Shown here one piece after another: positions 1 through 9,453 of a stretch of DNA of 64,000 bases. The position numbers and the translations under genes were made by a program. This DNA is from an uncultured Gemmatimonadales bacterium (GTDB taxonomy: Bacteria > Gemmatimonadota > Gemmatimonadetes > Gemmatimonadales > GWC2-71-9). The notes below the pieces were generated by a model. The model was not told the origin of the DNA. It did not search any database and saw nothing but the letters and a program-made list of their open reading frames with translations. Each line of letters starts with the position of its first letter. Position 1 is the first letter of the stretch. The stretch covers positions 100,004 to 164,003 of the forward strand of contig CAVVKJ010000009.1 of the NCBI GenBank assembly GCA_963748815.1, read 5' to 3'.

Positions 1-372
1 GCCGCCATGCCCACGGGTGACATCCAGATCGGGCTCTTCAACTACGGATTTTCACTGTCGGCGGCACCGACAGCGGGAACGCATGCGTTCGCGGTGACCA
101 ACAACGCCGACCAGCCGCATGAGATCGCGATCGTCCCGCTTGGGTCGGGCGAGACGATGCAACCGTGGATCGACTGGGTGTCGGGGGGCTACGCGGGACC
201 GCCCCCCGGCATGACCACCGGGGGACTCACCGACATCCGGCCGGGCCAGGTGCAGAATTTTTCCGCCACTCTCGCCCCGGGACGCTACGGCCTCATCTGC
301 TTCGTCCGTGATGCGACCGACGGCAAGTCGCATGTGCTCCACGGGATGACCACCACCTTCACCGTGTCGTAG
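1..372 (+). CDS. Cupredoxin-like protein, C-terminal part (5' partial)
   Basis: Frame is open from base 1. 'PHEIAI...GRYGLICFVRD...HVLHGM' gives the His...Cys-His-Met order of a type-1 copper site. Confidence 0.55.
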   Translation, partial: AAMPTGDIQIGLFNYGFSLSAAPTAGTHAFAVTNNADQPHEIAIVPLGSGETMQPWIDWVSGGYAGPPPGMTTGGLTDIRPGQVQNFSATLAPGRYGLICFVRDATDGKSHVLHGMTTTFTVS

Positions 373-413
373 TCCCGGGGGGCCACATGTCCCCCGCCTG
401 ACGTATACTTGAG

Positions 414-1316
414 ATGATGAGTCCAACGGTCGTTGTCTCGGGTGCCTCCGGTCTGCTCGGTAGTGCGCTGCTCCCGGCGCTGGCCGCCGCAGGATGGGGG
501 CACCGTTCGTTGGTGCGCCGAGCGGCCGGTGCCGGCGAGGTGCGATGGAGCCCGGCCGACGGCACCATCGACGCGAGCGCGCTCACGGGCGTTTCCGCGG
601 CCGTCCACCTGGCCGGCGAACCGATTGCCGAAGGGCGCTGGACCGCCGCGAAGAAGGCGCGGATCCGCAGCAGCCGCGTGCTCGGCACCCGCCTCCTGGC
701 CGAATCGCTGGCGCGGATGCCCGTCCGGCCCGCGGTGCTGGTCTCCGCCTCCGCCATGGGAATCTATGGCGACCGGGGCGACGAAATCCTCGACGAGGAC
801 AGTGCCCTCGGCACCGATTTCCTCTCGGAGGTCGGCAGGGAATGGGAGGCGGCGACCGCACCTGCCAGCGATGCCGGCATCCGGGTCGTGCATCTGCGGT
901 TCGGGATCATCCTTGCCCCGGACGGCGGGGCGCTCCCGCGAATGGTCCGCCCCTTCCTCCTCGGGGCCGGCGGACCGATCGGGAACGGCCGCCAGTGGAT
1001 GAGCTGGGTGGCCATCGAGGACGCGATCCGGATTGTCCTCGAAGCGATGCAGAACGGGGAGCTGACCGGGCCGATCAACGCCGTCTCACCCACTCCGGTT
1101 CGCAACGCTGATTTCGCCACGCAACTCGGCGCGGTGCTGCACCGCCCCGCCCTGGTTCCCGTCCCGGCCTTCGCGCTCCGGCTCCTCTTCGGCGAGATGG
1201 CCGACGCCGCCCTCCTGGCCAGCCAGCGCGTCGTCCCTGCCCGACTGGGCGCCCACGGATTCGAGTTCCGCTACCCGACCCTCCCCGGGGCCCTGCGCGC
1301 AGTCCTCGACCGCTGA
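414..1316 (+). CDS. TIGR01777 family NAD-dependent epimerase/oxidoreductase (YfcH/SDR39U1-like)
   Basis: GASGLLG Rossmann motif, HLAGEPIAEGRWT, SASAMGIYG, GNGRQWMSWV, GFEFRYPTL. Start at 414 or 417. Confidence 0.9.
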   Translation: MMSPTVVVSGASGLLGSALLPALAAAGWGHRSLVRRAAGAGEVRWSPADGTIDASALTGVSAAVHLAGEPIAEGRWTAAKKARIRSSRVLGTRLLAESLARMPVRPAVLVSASAMGIYGDRGDEILDEDSALGTDFLSEVGREWEAATAPASDAGIRVVHLRFGIILAPDGGALPRMVRPFLLGAGGPIGNGRQWMSWVAIEDAIRIVLEAMQNGELTGPINAVSPTPVRNADFATQLGAVLHRPALVPVPAFALRLLFGEMADAALLASQRVVPARLGAHGFEFRYPTLPGALRAVLDR

Positions 1317-1337
1317 TTCTCGTGGTATCTTTGCAGG

Positions 1338-2031
1338 ATGTCCCCTGCCCCCGCCGTCGTCCTCCTCAGCGGAGGCCTCGACTCCGCCACGACGCTGGCC
1401 ATCGCCCGCGCGGAGGGGTTCGCCTGCCACGCGCTGAGCGTTCGCTACGGGCAGCGCCACGCGATTGAGCTCGCCAGCGCCACCGCCGTGGCCCACCACC
1501 TCGGCGCCGCCTCCCATCGGGTCATCGAGATCGACCTCCGCGCATTCGGCGGCTCCGCCCTGACCGCCGACATCCCCGTCCCGAAAGACCGCGACGACGG
1601 CGCCCGCGACGAGCGGCATCCCGATCACCTACGTCCCGGCCCGCAACACGATCTTTCTCTCCTACGCCCTCGGCTGCGCCGAGGTGCTGGGCGCCGCCGA
1701 CATCTTCCTCGGCGTGAACGCGGTGGACTACAGCGGCTATCCCGATTGCCGGCCGGAGTTCGTGCAGGCGTTCGAGCAGCTGGCCAACCTCGCCACCCGG
1801 GCCGGCGTCGAGGGACGCCGGATGACGATCCACGCGCCGCTGCTCGCCATGCGCAAGAGCGAGATCATCGCGCGCGGCCTCGCCCTGGGCGTCGATTTCG
1901 GAATGACGCTGAGCTGCTACGATCCCGCGCCGGATGGCGCCGCCTGCGGCCGCTGCGACGCCTGTCACCTCCGGCTCGAAGGATTCCGCGGGCTCGGACG
2001 CGCCGATCCCGCCCGGTACCAGTCGCCATGA
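1338..2031 (+). CDS. queC: 7-cyano-7-deazaguanine synthase QueC (one +1 frameshift near 1600-1612)
   Basis: N-half has LLSGGLDS and YGQRH. The next frame continues [27 protein letters not shown] and SCY...CGRCDAC to TGA at 2029-2031. Confidence 0.9.
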
Positions 2032-2666
2032 GCTACGCGGTCAAGGAAATCTTCTACACCCTGCAGGGCGAGGGCGCCCACGCGGGACGCCCGGCGGTCT
2101 TCTGCCGGTTCGCCGGCTGCAATCTCTGGAGCGGCCGCGAAGCCGATCGCGCCGACGCCACCTGCGATTTCTGCGACACGGATTTCGTGGGAATCGACGG
2201 GCCGGGGGGCGGGCGTTTCGCGACCGCCGTCGAGCTGGCCGCGGCGGTGAAGGCGGCGTGGCCGGCGGCGGCCGGCGGCGGGGTGCCCTACGTGGTCTGC
2301 ACCGGAGGAGAGCCCCTGCTGCAGCTCGACGCGGCCGCGGTGGACGCCCTGCACGCCGCGGGATTCGAAGTGGCGGTGGAAACCAACGGCACGCAACCCG
2401 CGCCGCCGAACATCGACTGGATCTGCGTGAGCCCCAAGGCCCGGGCCGCGGTGCGCCTGCGGCGCGGCGACGAACTGAAGCTGGTGTACCCGCAGCGCAC
2501 GGCACTCCCCGAGGACTTCGACGGCCTGGAGTTCACCCACCGGTTCCTGCAACCGATGGACGGCCCTATGCTCCGCGAGAATACGGCCGCGGCCGCCGCG
2601 TACTGCCTGGCGCATCCCCGCTGGCGGTTGAGCCTGCAGACGCACAAGCTCATCGGCCTTCCCTGA
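2028..2666 (+). CDS. queE: 7-carboxy-7-deazaguanine synthase QueE (radical SAM, Cx14Cx2C type)
   Basis: [26 protein letters not shown]...[33 protein letters not shown] overlap with the queC stop. Confidence 0.92.
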   Translation: MSYAVKEIFYTLQGEGAHAGRPAVFCRFAGCNLWSGREADRADATCDFCDTDFVGIDGPGGGRFATAVELAAAVKAAWPAAAGGGVPYVVCTGGEPLLQLDAAAVDALHAAGFEVAVETNGTQPAPPNIDWICVSPKARAAVRLRRGDELKLVYPQRTALPEDFDGLEFTHRFLQPMDGPMLRENTAAAAAYCLAHPRWRLSLQTHKLIGLP

Positions 2667-2685
2667 CCTCCACCCCCAGGGTCCC

Positions 2686-3294
2686 ATGCACGGATACTCC
2701 GATCGCATCAATCACGCACTCGCCTTTGCGGCCAAGCACTACGGCACCGTCCAGGGACCGGAGCGGACGATGGCCTTCCTGGCCCATCCGGCCAACATCG
2801 CGATCATCCTGGCTCGCTACGGTTGCGAGGACCTGACCGTGGTCGCGGGCATCCTGCACCGCGTGCTGGAGGAGGCCCCGCCCGGCGAGCGCGAGGAGCT
2901 GGAAGCCAAGGTGCTCGAGAAGTTCGGCCCGGTGGTGCTGGCCACCGCCTGCGAGGTGCTCGAACCGCGGCACGACGCACTGGGCCGGCTTCGCGCCTGG
3001 CGCACCTGCAAGCGGGAGTACCTGATCCAGATCGCCGACGCGGAGCCGCGCGGCCTGGACATCTGCGCCGCCGACGAACTGCACAACTGCGGCGCGGCCA
3101 TTCGTGTCGTGCGCCGGCTCGGCGCCGAGTACCTGCACGCCGATCCCGACGCCTCGCCCGCCGACACGCTCTGGTGGTTCGGCGCCATCGCGGACCATCT
3201 CAATGCCCGCCGGGAATGGCGCAACCGCGCCATGCTCGACGAGCTGACCGCCATGACGCGGGAGCTGGCCGTCCTGCTGCAAATCGGGAGCTGA
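2686..3294 (+). CDS. HD-domain protein of the RelA/SpoT hydrolase (MESH1/SAH-like) fold with degenerate active site
   Basis: ALAFAAKHY, AHPANIAIIL, AGILHRVLEE (canonical LHDxxED), ADELHN (canonical ADKLHN). Confidence 0.7.
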   Translation: MHGYSDRINHALAFAAKHYGTVQGPERTMAFLAHPANIAIILARYGCEDLTVVAGILHRVLEEAPPGEREELEAKVLEKFGPVVLATACEVLEPRHDALGRLRAWRTCKREYLIQIADAEPRGLDICAADELHNCGAAIRVVRRLGAEYLHADPDASPADTLWWFGAIADHLNARREWRNRAMLDELTAMTRELAVLLQIGS

Positions 3295-3357
3295 TCCAGC
3301 GTGTGACCGCGGTCACACATAATTGGCGGGCCGAGCGATGTCCCGGTATATTTAGGC

Positions 3358-4695
3358 ATGGATCAATCTGTCGCCGCATCCGCGCTCGGCACCCTCCCCA
3401 GCGCCTTTGCGGCAGCCTGCCGACTCTCCCGCAACGACGCGGAGTTATTCGAGCGCTGCCGCGACGCCTTGGTCGGTCGCTTCAACTCCACCGCCATCTG
3501 GTTCGACATCGCGACGCCCCACGGGGCGGTGCCGCGCATCGGCCCAGCGGACGAGACCGGCACGGCGGTGGCCGTGGCAAAGATCCGGAGCGGCGAGACT
3601 GAAGTCGTCATCAGCGCGGGGCCGGAGCTGGCGGAACGGCTTCGGGTGGTGGCCCTGCCGCTGGCGCACGGGCTCTCGGTGGTCGTCGAGCTGCGCAGCG
3701 TGCTCATGGAGCGTCAGGCCGCGCTCGACGATGCCACCTTCCAGCTTCGCGCCCTCCGGCAGGTCGCCCGCCTCCTCAGTTCCGTGCATTCCTCGGCCGA
3801 AACCGAGCAGTTGATCCTCGACTTCATGGCCGAAGTGTTCTTCACCTGGTGGGCCTGCCTCCTGCGGCCGACCGGCGACAACTACGAGCCCCGCATCTTC
3901 CGCTCGCTCGACGACCGGATCCGTCCGGGCCCGATCGCGCGCGCCCTGCTCGACACCGTCCTGCCGACCGGCGCCGGTGCCACCGGCGGGCAGGAGATCG
4001 CGGTCGCCGCCCTGGCGCCGATGACGACCGAAGTCGTCATCCCGCTCGACGCCGGCGCCGAGCGCCTCGCCGTCCTCCTGCTCGGCCCCCGGCTCAACGA
4101 CCGGCAGTACGGCCCCGCCGAGCTCGACCTGGCCGGGACGCTGTCGTTCGCCGCGGCCATCGCGCTCAAGAACGCGCACCTCGTCGAGCAGCTGCAGACC
4201 GCCGCCAACACCGACGAGCTCACGGCGCTGATGAACCGGCGCGCCCTCGAGGAACGCCTCGGCGCCGAGCTCGCCCGGTCCACCCGGCACGAGCTCGACA
4301 CCACGATCATCATGCTCGACATCGACAACTTCAAGCTGGTCAACGACAGCGGCGGCCACGCCGCGGGCGACGAGTTGCTCCGCGCCGTCGGCCTCCTGCT
4401 CAAGCATCAGTGCCGCCAACCCGACGTCGTCGGGCGGCTCGGTGGGGACGAGTTCCTCGTCATGCTGCCGATGACCTCGCCGCGGGAGGCCATGGTGCTC
4501 GTCGGCCGGGTGCAGGCGGGACTCTCGGCGCTCGCCCCCCTCGGGCTGGGACACCAGATTTCCGTGAGCCTGGGCGTCGCCGCGGCGCCCCGGCACGGCA
4601 CCACCGTCAGCAGCCTGATGGCCGCCGCCGACGCCGCGATGTACAAGGCGAAGCGCGCGGGCGGCAATCGCGCCGAGGTCGCCGGCGACTTCTAG
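3358..4695 (+). CDS. Diguanylate cyclase with GAF-like input region
   Basis: DELTALMNRR, LDIDNFKLVND..GHAAGD, RLGGDEF with an RxxD I-site (RQPD), SLGVA, ADAAMYKAK. Upstream LLLGPR..YGPAELDLA is GAF-like. Confidence 0.9.
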   Translation: MDQSVAASALGTLPSAFAAACRLSRNDAELFERCRDALVGRFNSTAIWFDIATPHGAVPRIGPADETGTAVAVAKIRSGETEVVISAGPELAERLRVVALPLAHGLSVVVELRSVLMERQAALDDATFQLRALRQVARLLSSVHSSAETEQLILDFMAEVFFTWWACLLRPTGDNYEPRIFRSLDDRIRPGPIARALLDTVLPTGAGATGGQEIAVAALAPMTTEVVIPLDAGAERLAVLLLGPRLNDRQYGPAELDLAGTLSFAAAIALKNAHLVEQLQTAANTDELTALMNRRALEERLGAELARSTRHELDTTIIMLDIDNFKLVNDSGGHAAGDELLRAVGLLLKHQCRQPDVVGRLGGDEFLVMLPMTSPREAMVLVGRVQAGLSALAPLGLGHQISVSLGVAAAPRHGTTVSSLMAAADAAMYKAKRAGGNRAEVAGDF

Positions 4696-4710
4696 CCGCG
4701 AGAGGCGTGC

Positions 4711-5253
4711 ATGTCAGATCCCGAGTTCATCCTGCTGGGCGACGCGGTCTGGATCGATTTCATCAACACCGCGCGCGGCCGAGAGCTCGACTCCCCCGAC
4801 CGCCTCGCCGATCCCTCCGCGTACCACCGCTGGATCAAGGCCGAGAAGCTCAGCCCCGACGGCGATGACCTCTCCTGGGACCAGGTGCTCGCCTTCCGCG
4901 CCCGCCTCCTGAGCGTGGCGGCCGCCCTGGCCGAGGATCGCGCGCCCTCGGCCTCCGCCATTCACGAGATCAATCATTTGCTCGCTCGCATGGCAGGTCA
5001 CCACCAGTTGACCCGCGTGGGCGGCAGCTGGCACCTGGCCTTCGCCCCGGCCCGGACGGCGACGGCGCTGGAGGCGATCGCAGGGAGCGCGGCCCAGACG
5101 CTCGCCGATTCCGCGGCCCGGGTCCGCCACTGCCGGGCGGAACCGTGCTCGCTCTTCTTCGTCGATCGCTCGCCCGGACAGGGCCGGACGTGGTGCAGCG
5201 CCGAGCCGGGCGCCCATGCCGTGCGCCCCGACCGCCGCCGGGCTGTGCACTGA
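4711..5253 (+). CDS. ABATE domain / CGNR zinc-finger family protein
   Basis: N-terminal WIDFINT and C-terminal C-x4-C...FFVDRS...RTWCS pattern. The terminal CGNR motif is absent. Confidence 0.75.
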   Translation: MSDPEFILLGDAVWIDFINTARGRELDSPDRLADPSAYHRWIKAEKLSPDGDDLSWDQVLAFRARLLSVAAALAEDRAPSASAIHEINHLLARMAGHHQLTRVGGSWHLAFAPARTATALEAIAGSAAQTLADSAARVRHCRAEPCSLFFVDRSPGQGRTWCSAEPGAHAVRPDRRRAVH

Positions 5254-5265
5254 CGCCACGATGCC

Positions 5266-7029
5266 ATGTCACTGACTGACCCCGGCCTGTACGCCGAACG
5301 CACCCAGGCCGCGCTGGGGCACCGCTACCGGCTCGATCAGTTGGTGGCGGCCTCGCGCGAGCGGGTGCTCTTCCACGCGTACGACCTGACCCTGAAGCGG
5401 CGCGTGAGCCTTCGGGTCAACATGTACCCGGACAGCATCCTGCGCGGCTGGTTCCTGCGGGAGGCCGAGGCGCTGGCCCAGCTCGACCACCCGGCGATCC
5501 GGCACGTGTACGACGCCGGCATCATCGGCGACCTCGCCTTCCGGGCCGGGAGCTGGATCGAGGGGGAGAGCGCCTATGACGCGGTCCAGCGCGGGCCGCG
5601 GCCCATCCCGACGGTACACGCGTTGGCGCGGGACATCCTGGCGGCGCTGGATCACGCGCACAGCCGCGGGATGATCGTCCGACGTATCGTCCCGGCCTCG
5701 CTCCTGCTCGGACCCACCGGGCGCGGCACCGTCACCGACCTGCGCTTCTGCAGCTACACCCTCTCGACCATTCCTCCGGGCCACGAACCGACCGGTCTCG
5801 AGTTCATGGCCCCGGAGGTCCGCGACGGCTCGCGTGGCGACCCCGCCAGCGACGTCTTCACCGCGGGCGCGATTCTCTACTACGCCATCACCGGCCGGGA
5901 GCCGCCGCTGGACGCGCGACACGTCGAGCGCCCTTCCCTGGTCCGCCCGACCTGCCCGAAGGCCTTCGACCGCATCCTGCTCCGCGCCCTCCGCGAGGCG
6001 CCCGACGACCGCTACCTCACCCCTGCGGAAATGCTGGAGGATTTCGCCTCCGACGCAGGGACCTACGAGAGCCCCGCGGTCTCGCCCGGCGACTTCGCGC
6101 CGCCGCAGGACACCGAGCACTGGGAGAAGCGGCTGCGCCGCGCCCTCGGCGACGACTACGAGCTCTTCGAAGCCCTCGGCGCCGGCGGGTTCGGCCGGGT
6201 CTACCGCGTCCGCGACCTGCACCTCGAGCGCGAAGTGGCGCTGAAGGTCCTGCATCCCTTCCTGACCGCCGAACCGCCCGTCGTGGAACGATTCCGCCGG
6301 GAAGCCCAGCTCGCCGCCCGGCTGCACCACCCCAACATCGTGGACATCTACGACATCGCCGGCCGGGCCGGCCTGCTCTGGTACACCATGGAATACGTCA
6401 AGGGGCCGAACCTCGCCCAGCTGGTGGAGCGCGAAGGCCCCTTCCCCCTGGACCTCGTCCTCCAGATGCTGCACCAGGCGCTGCTCGCCCTGGCCCACGC
6501 CCACGGCGCCGGACTGGTCCACCGCGACATCAAGCCGGAGAACCTCCTCCTCGCCCCGGACGGAACGCTCCGCATCACCGATTTCGGCCTGGCCCTCGCC
6601 CTGCGCGGGGAAGGCCGGTTTGGCGGCGCCACCAGCCAGAGCGGCACGCCGCAGTTCGCCAGCCCCGAGCAGCTCCTCGGCGAACGGGTGGACCAGCGGA
6701 GCGACTTCTACAGCCTGGCGGCGGTCGCGTATTTCGTCCTGATGGGGGAAACCCCCTTCCCGGGCGGGACACCGGAGCAGATACTCGCGCGCCAGACCGC
6801 CGATCGGTTTCCCGACCTGCGCGCCAAGCGACCGGATGTGCCCGAGGCGCTCGAAATGGTCCTCCAGCGCGCGCTCCGGAACGAAGTCGAGGCGCGCTAC
6901 CCCTCGGCGGCGGAGTTCCTGCAGGCGCTCCAGCGGGCCATGGGCCGCAAGGTCCGCGAGCGCAGCGGCGAGTGGGCCCGCGCGGCCGCCCGCTGGTGGC
7001 GCGGCGGGGGCTCGACCGGTTCCTCTTGA
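5266..7029 (+). CDS. Tandem pseudokinase + Hanks-type Ser/Thr protein kinase
   Basis: C-terminal domain has [21 protein letters not shown] and SPE. The N-terminal domain has the kinase fold ([22 protein letters not shown]) with its catalytic motifs lost. Confidence 0.9.
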   Translation: MSLTDPGLYAERTQAALGHRYRLDQLVAASRERVLFHAYDLTLKRRVSLRVNMYPDSILRGWFLREAEALAQLDHPAIRHVYDAGIIGDLAFRAGSWIEGESAYDAVQRGPRPIPTVHALARDILAALDHAHSRGMIVRRIVPASLLLGPTGRGTVTDLRFCSYTLSTIPPGHEPTGLEFMAPEVRDGSRGDPASDVFTAGAILYYAITGREPPLDARHVERPSLVRPTCPKAFDRILLRALREAPDDRYLTPAEMLEDFASDAGTYESPAVSPGDFAPPQDTEHWEKRLRRALGDDYELFEALGAGGFGRVYRVRDLHLEREVALKVLHPFLTAEPPVVERFRREAQLAARLHHPNIVDIYDIAGRAGLLWYTMEYVKGPNLAQLVEREGPFPLDLVLQMLHQALLALAHAHGAGLVHRDIKPENLLLAPDGTLRITDFGLALALRGEGRFGGATSQSGTPQFASPEQLLGERVDQRSDFYSLAAVAYFVLMGETPFPGGTPEQILARQTADRFPDLRAKRPDVPEALEMVLQRALRNEVEARYPSAAEFLQALQRAMGRKVRERSGEWARAAARWWRGGGSTGSS

Positions 7030-7129
7030 CTTGACCGCGAATTATCGGGAAATTGTCCGGGCCACACCGGCAAGCCGCCCGGGGCATCCTGTCCGGGCGT
7101 ATGGACACACCACACTGGAGTTTGGACTC

Positions 7130-7339
7130 ATGGCACGCACAACCGGCACCGTGAAGTGGTTCAACGACGCGAAGGGCTTCGGCTTCATCACCCCCGAGAG
7201 CGGCGAGAAGGACTGCTTCGTCCACCACACGGCCATCTCGGCCGAGGGCTTCCGCAGCCTCGCCGAAGGCGACAAGGTCGAGTTCGACATTGTTCAGGGC
7301 GCCAAGGGCCCAGCGGCCGAGAACGTCACCAAGGTCTAG
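7130..7339 (+). CDS. cspA: Cold-shock protein
   Basis: [15 protein letters not shown] and CFVHHTAI (RNP1/RNP2). GGAG RBS upstream; 69 aa. Confidence 0.95.
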   Translation: MARTTGTVKWFNDAKGFGFITPESGEKDCFVHHTAISAEGFRSLAEGDKVEFDIVQGAKGPAAENVTKV

Positions 7340-7366
7340 CTCCAGAGAGCAGGGACCGAAACGTCA

Positions 7367-7401
7367 GCGGGCCGCTCCAAGGGAGCGGCCCGCGTCGTTT
7401 T
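7367..7401. terminator. Intrinsic terminator, probably bidirectional, between csp and infA
   Basis: 12-bp stem gcgggccgctcc/ggagcggcccgc followed by gtcgtttt, with gaaacg on the other side. Confidence 0.8.
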
Positions 7402-7420
7402 CAGGAGTTGCAGTGGCCAA

Positions 7421-7639
7421 CTACTTGTGTCGGTAGGTCACGCGTCCGCGGGTCAGGTCGTACGGCGAGAGCACCACGCTGACTCGGTCGCCCTCGAGGA
7501 CCCGGATCTTGAACTTGCTCATCTTGCCGGCGGCGTACGCCAGGATCGAATGGCCGTTCTCCAGCAGCACCCGGTAATTGCGATCGGGGAGGACTTCCGT
7601 CACGACCCCTTCCATCTCGATGCCTTCTTCTTTCGCCAT
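7421..7639 (-). CDS. infA: Translation initiation factor IF-1
   Basis: [18 protein letters not shown]...GKM...[26 protein letters not shown]; 72 aa. Confidence 0.97.
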   Translation of the reverse strand: MAKEEGIEMEGVVTEVLPDRNYRVLLENGHSILAYAAGKMSKFKIRVLEGDRVSVVLSPYDLTRGRVTYRHK

Positions 7640-7737
7640 CCAAGCCACTCCACTGTTGGGACACTGGCGGCCAGCGATCCAGGCCGCTCCGGGAACGCGG
7701 GGAATCTTGCCCCGCGGACGCCATTAAGCAACAGCCG

Positions 7738-9453
7738 TTACGCCCCCCCGAGGACCCGCAGTTCGTCCTCCACCAGGACGACCAGCTCCCGGATCAGCTC
7801 CCGGTCGGCCCCGAATCGGGCCCCGGCGCGGGCGTACATCGCCGGCAGGCCGACGGTGCAGCCCAGCGCCAGCGCCTCACGGTAGTCCCGGACGGCGCCC
7901 GCCTGGTCGGCCCGGCTGCGGCGCCAGATCTGCAGCGCGCCGAGCTGCGCCAGGCCGTACTCGATGTAGTAGAACGGATAGAGGAAGATGTGGAGCTGGC
8001 GATACCAGCGCGCCAGGCGCTCGTCCTCCAGCCCGGACCAGTCGACCCCGGCCTGGAAACGCTCCCGCAGGCGATGCCAGGCCTCGTCCCGGGCCGACGC
8101 GTCGTCGCCGTGGCCGCTGGTGTAGATCCAGCGCTGGAAGGCGTCGACCGCCGCGACGTGCGCGAGCGTCATGAGGACCTCCTCGAGGTGCTCAATCCGC
8201 GCGAGCCGCAGCTCCTCGGCCGAGGCCATCCCGCCCGGTTCCGCCAGGTAGGGCGCCGCGAGCAGCTCCATCGACATCGAGGCGAGTTCTGCCGACTCCG
8301 AACCGACATAGCGCTGCCAGAGCAACGGCTGACGGTGCGAGGCGAAGGCGTGAAACGAATGCCCGGCCTCGTGGAGCAACGTGTTGACGTCGTCGAGCAG
8401 GCCGACCGCATTCATGTGAATGAAGGGACGCCCGCGGAAATGCAGCGTTTCGCAGTAGCCGCCGGGCGCCTTGCCGGCGCGGCTCTCGAGATCGAGCAGC
8501 CGCTCGCCCCGCATCAGGTCGAATTCGGCTCCCAGCTCCGGAGCCACCGCATGGAACACCCGCGACGCCTTTTCCACGAGGTCGGCCGAGTCCCGGAACG
8601 GGCGCAGCGGCGGCCGGCCCGACGGATCGACATCCAGGTCCCAGGGCCGGAGCACGTCCAGCCCGAGCGCCGCCCGTCGGCGCTCGAGGATCCGCGCCAC
8701 CGCGGGCACCACCTCCGCCTCCACCGCGTCGTGAAACCGGGTCACGTCCTCGGGAGTGTAGTCGAAGCGGCACTTGGCGGCGTAGCTGTAGGCCTCGAAG
8801 TCCGCGAAGCCGGAGTTTCGTGCCACCCGCTGACGGCGCTCGTACATCTCCGTGAAGAGGTCGGAGAGTTCCGCACGCAGCGCAATGTAGGGCGCGCCCA
8901 TGGTCCGGAAGGCGCGCTCCCGGATGGCCCGGTCGGGGCTCTTGAGGAACGGCCCGATCTGCGGCAGCGTCCGGGTCTCGCCCTCCCACTCGACGGTGAT
9001 GCCACCGGTCAGCCGCTGGTACTTGGCGGACAGCTCCTCCAGCTCGCTGAAGAGCGGGAGGTTTTCCTCGCGGAAGATCTCGATCTGGGAGCGGAATCGC
9101 TTCAGGACCACGTCGAGGTCGGGGCGGCTGAAACCCGTCTCGAGGAGCCGCCGCGCCAAACGCACACCCTGCTCTTCCAATTGCGGGAAGATTTCCGCCG
9201 AGAAGCGGAGATGTGCCGCTTCTTTGGCGGAATCGCGGGTGTCGCCGGTGTAGGCGATCATCGCCTCGGCCGCCGCCTCGGTGACCAGTTCCTCGAGGCG
9301 CGACCAGGCCGCCAGCCAGGGTCCGACCGAGTCGGTGTCGAGCGGGACCGTGGCCAGCGCCTCGTACCAGGGGAGGATGGCGCCCCAGCTGGCGTCGGCG
9401 AAGGCGGCCGGCGACTCGGGAAGGACGGGAAGCGTCACGGAAATTTCTGACAT
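7738..9453 (-). CDS. M3 family oligoendopeptidase (PepF/M3B-like)
   Basis: GKAPGGYC, LLHEAGHSFH zinc motif, AELASMSMEL, HIFLYPFYYIEYGLAQLGALQ. Confidence 0.9.
   Translation of the reverse strand: MSEISVTLPVLPESPAAFADASWGAILPWYEALATVPLDTDSVGPWLAAWSRLEELVTEAAAEAMIAYTGDTRDSAKEAAHLRFSAEIFPQLEEQGVRLARRLLETGFSRPDLDVVLKRFRSQIEIFREENLPLFSELEELSAKYQRLTGGITVEWEGETRTLPQIGPFLKSPDRAIRERAFRTMGAPYIALRAELSDLFTEMYERRQRVARNSGFADFEAYSYAAKCRFDYTPEDVTRFHDAVEAEVVPAVARILERRRAALGLDVLRPWDLDVDPSGRPPLRPFRDSADLVEKASRVFHAVAPELGAEFDLMRGERLLDLESRAGKAPGGYCETLHFRGRPFIHMNAVGLLDDVNTLLHEAGHSFHAFASHRQPLLWQRYVGSESAELASMSMELLAAPYLAEPGGMASAEELRLARIEHLEEVLMTLAHVAAVDAFQRWIYTSGHGDDASARDEAWHRLRERFQAGVDWSGLEDERLARWYRQLHIFLYPFYYIEYGLAQLGALQIWRRSRADQAGAVRDYREALALGCTVGLPAMYARAGARFGADRELIRELVVLVEDELRVLGGA

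Noticed and set aside
1338..2666. Dpd/7-deazaguanine DNA-modification or QatABCD-type defence system
   Set aside because: QueC and QueE look like canonical housekeeping forms, with no dpdA, TatD, ATPase or nuclease neighbours.
5251..5268. In-frame UGA between the CGNR gene and the kinase as a second readthrough site
   Set aside because: It is not at a conserved Cys position of either family, I saw no convincing SECIS-like hairpin, and same-frame adjacency occurs one time in three by chance.
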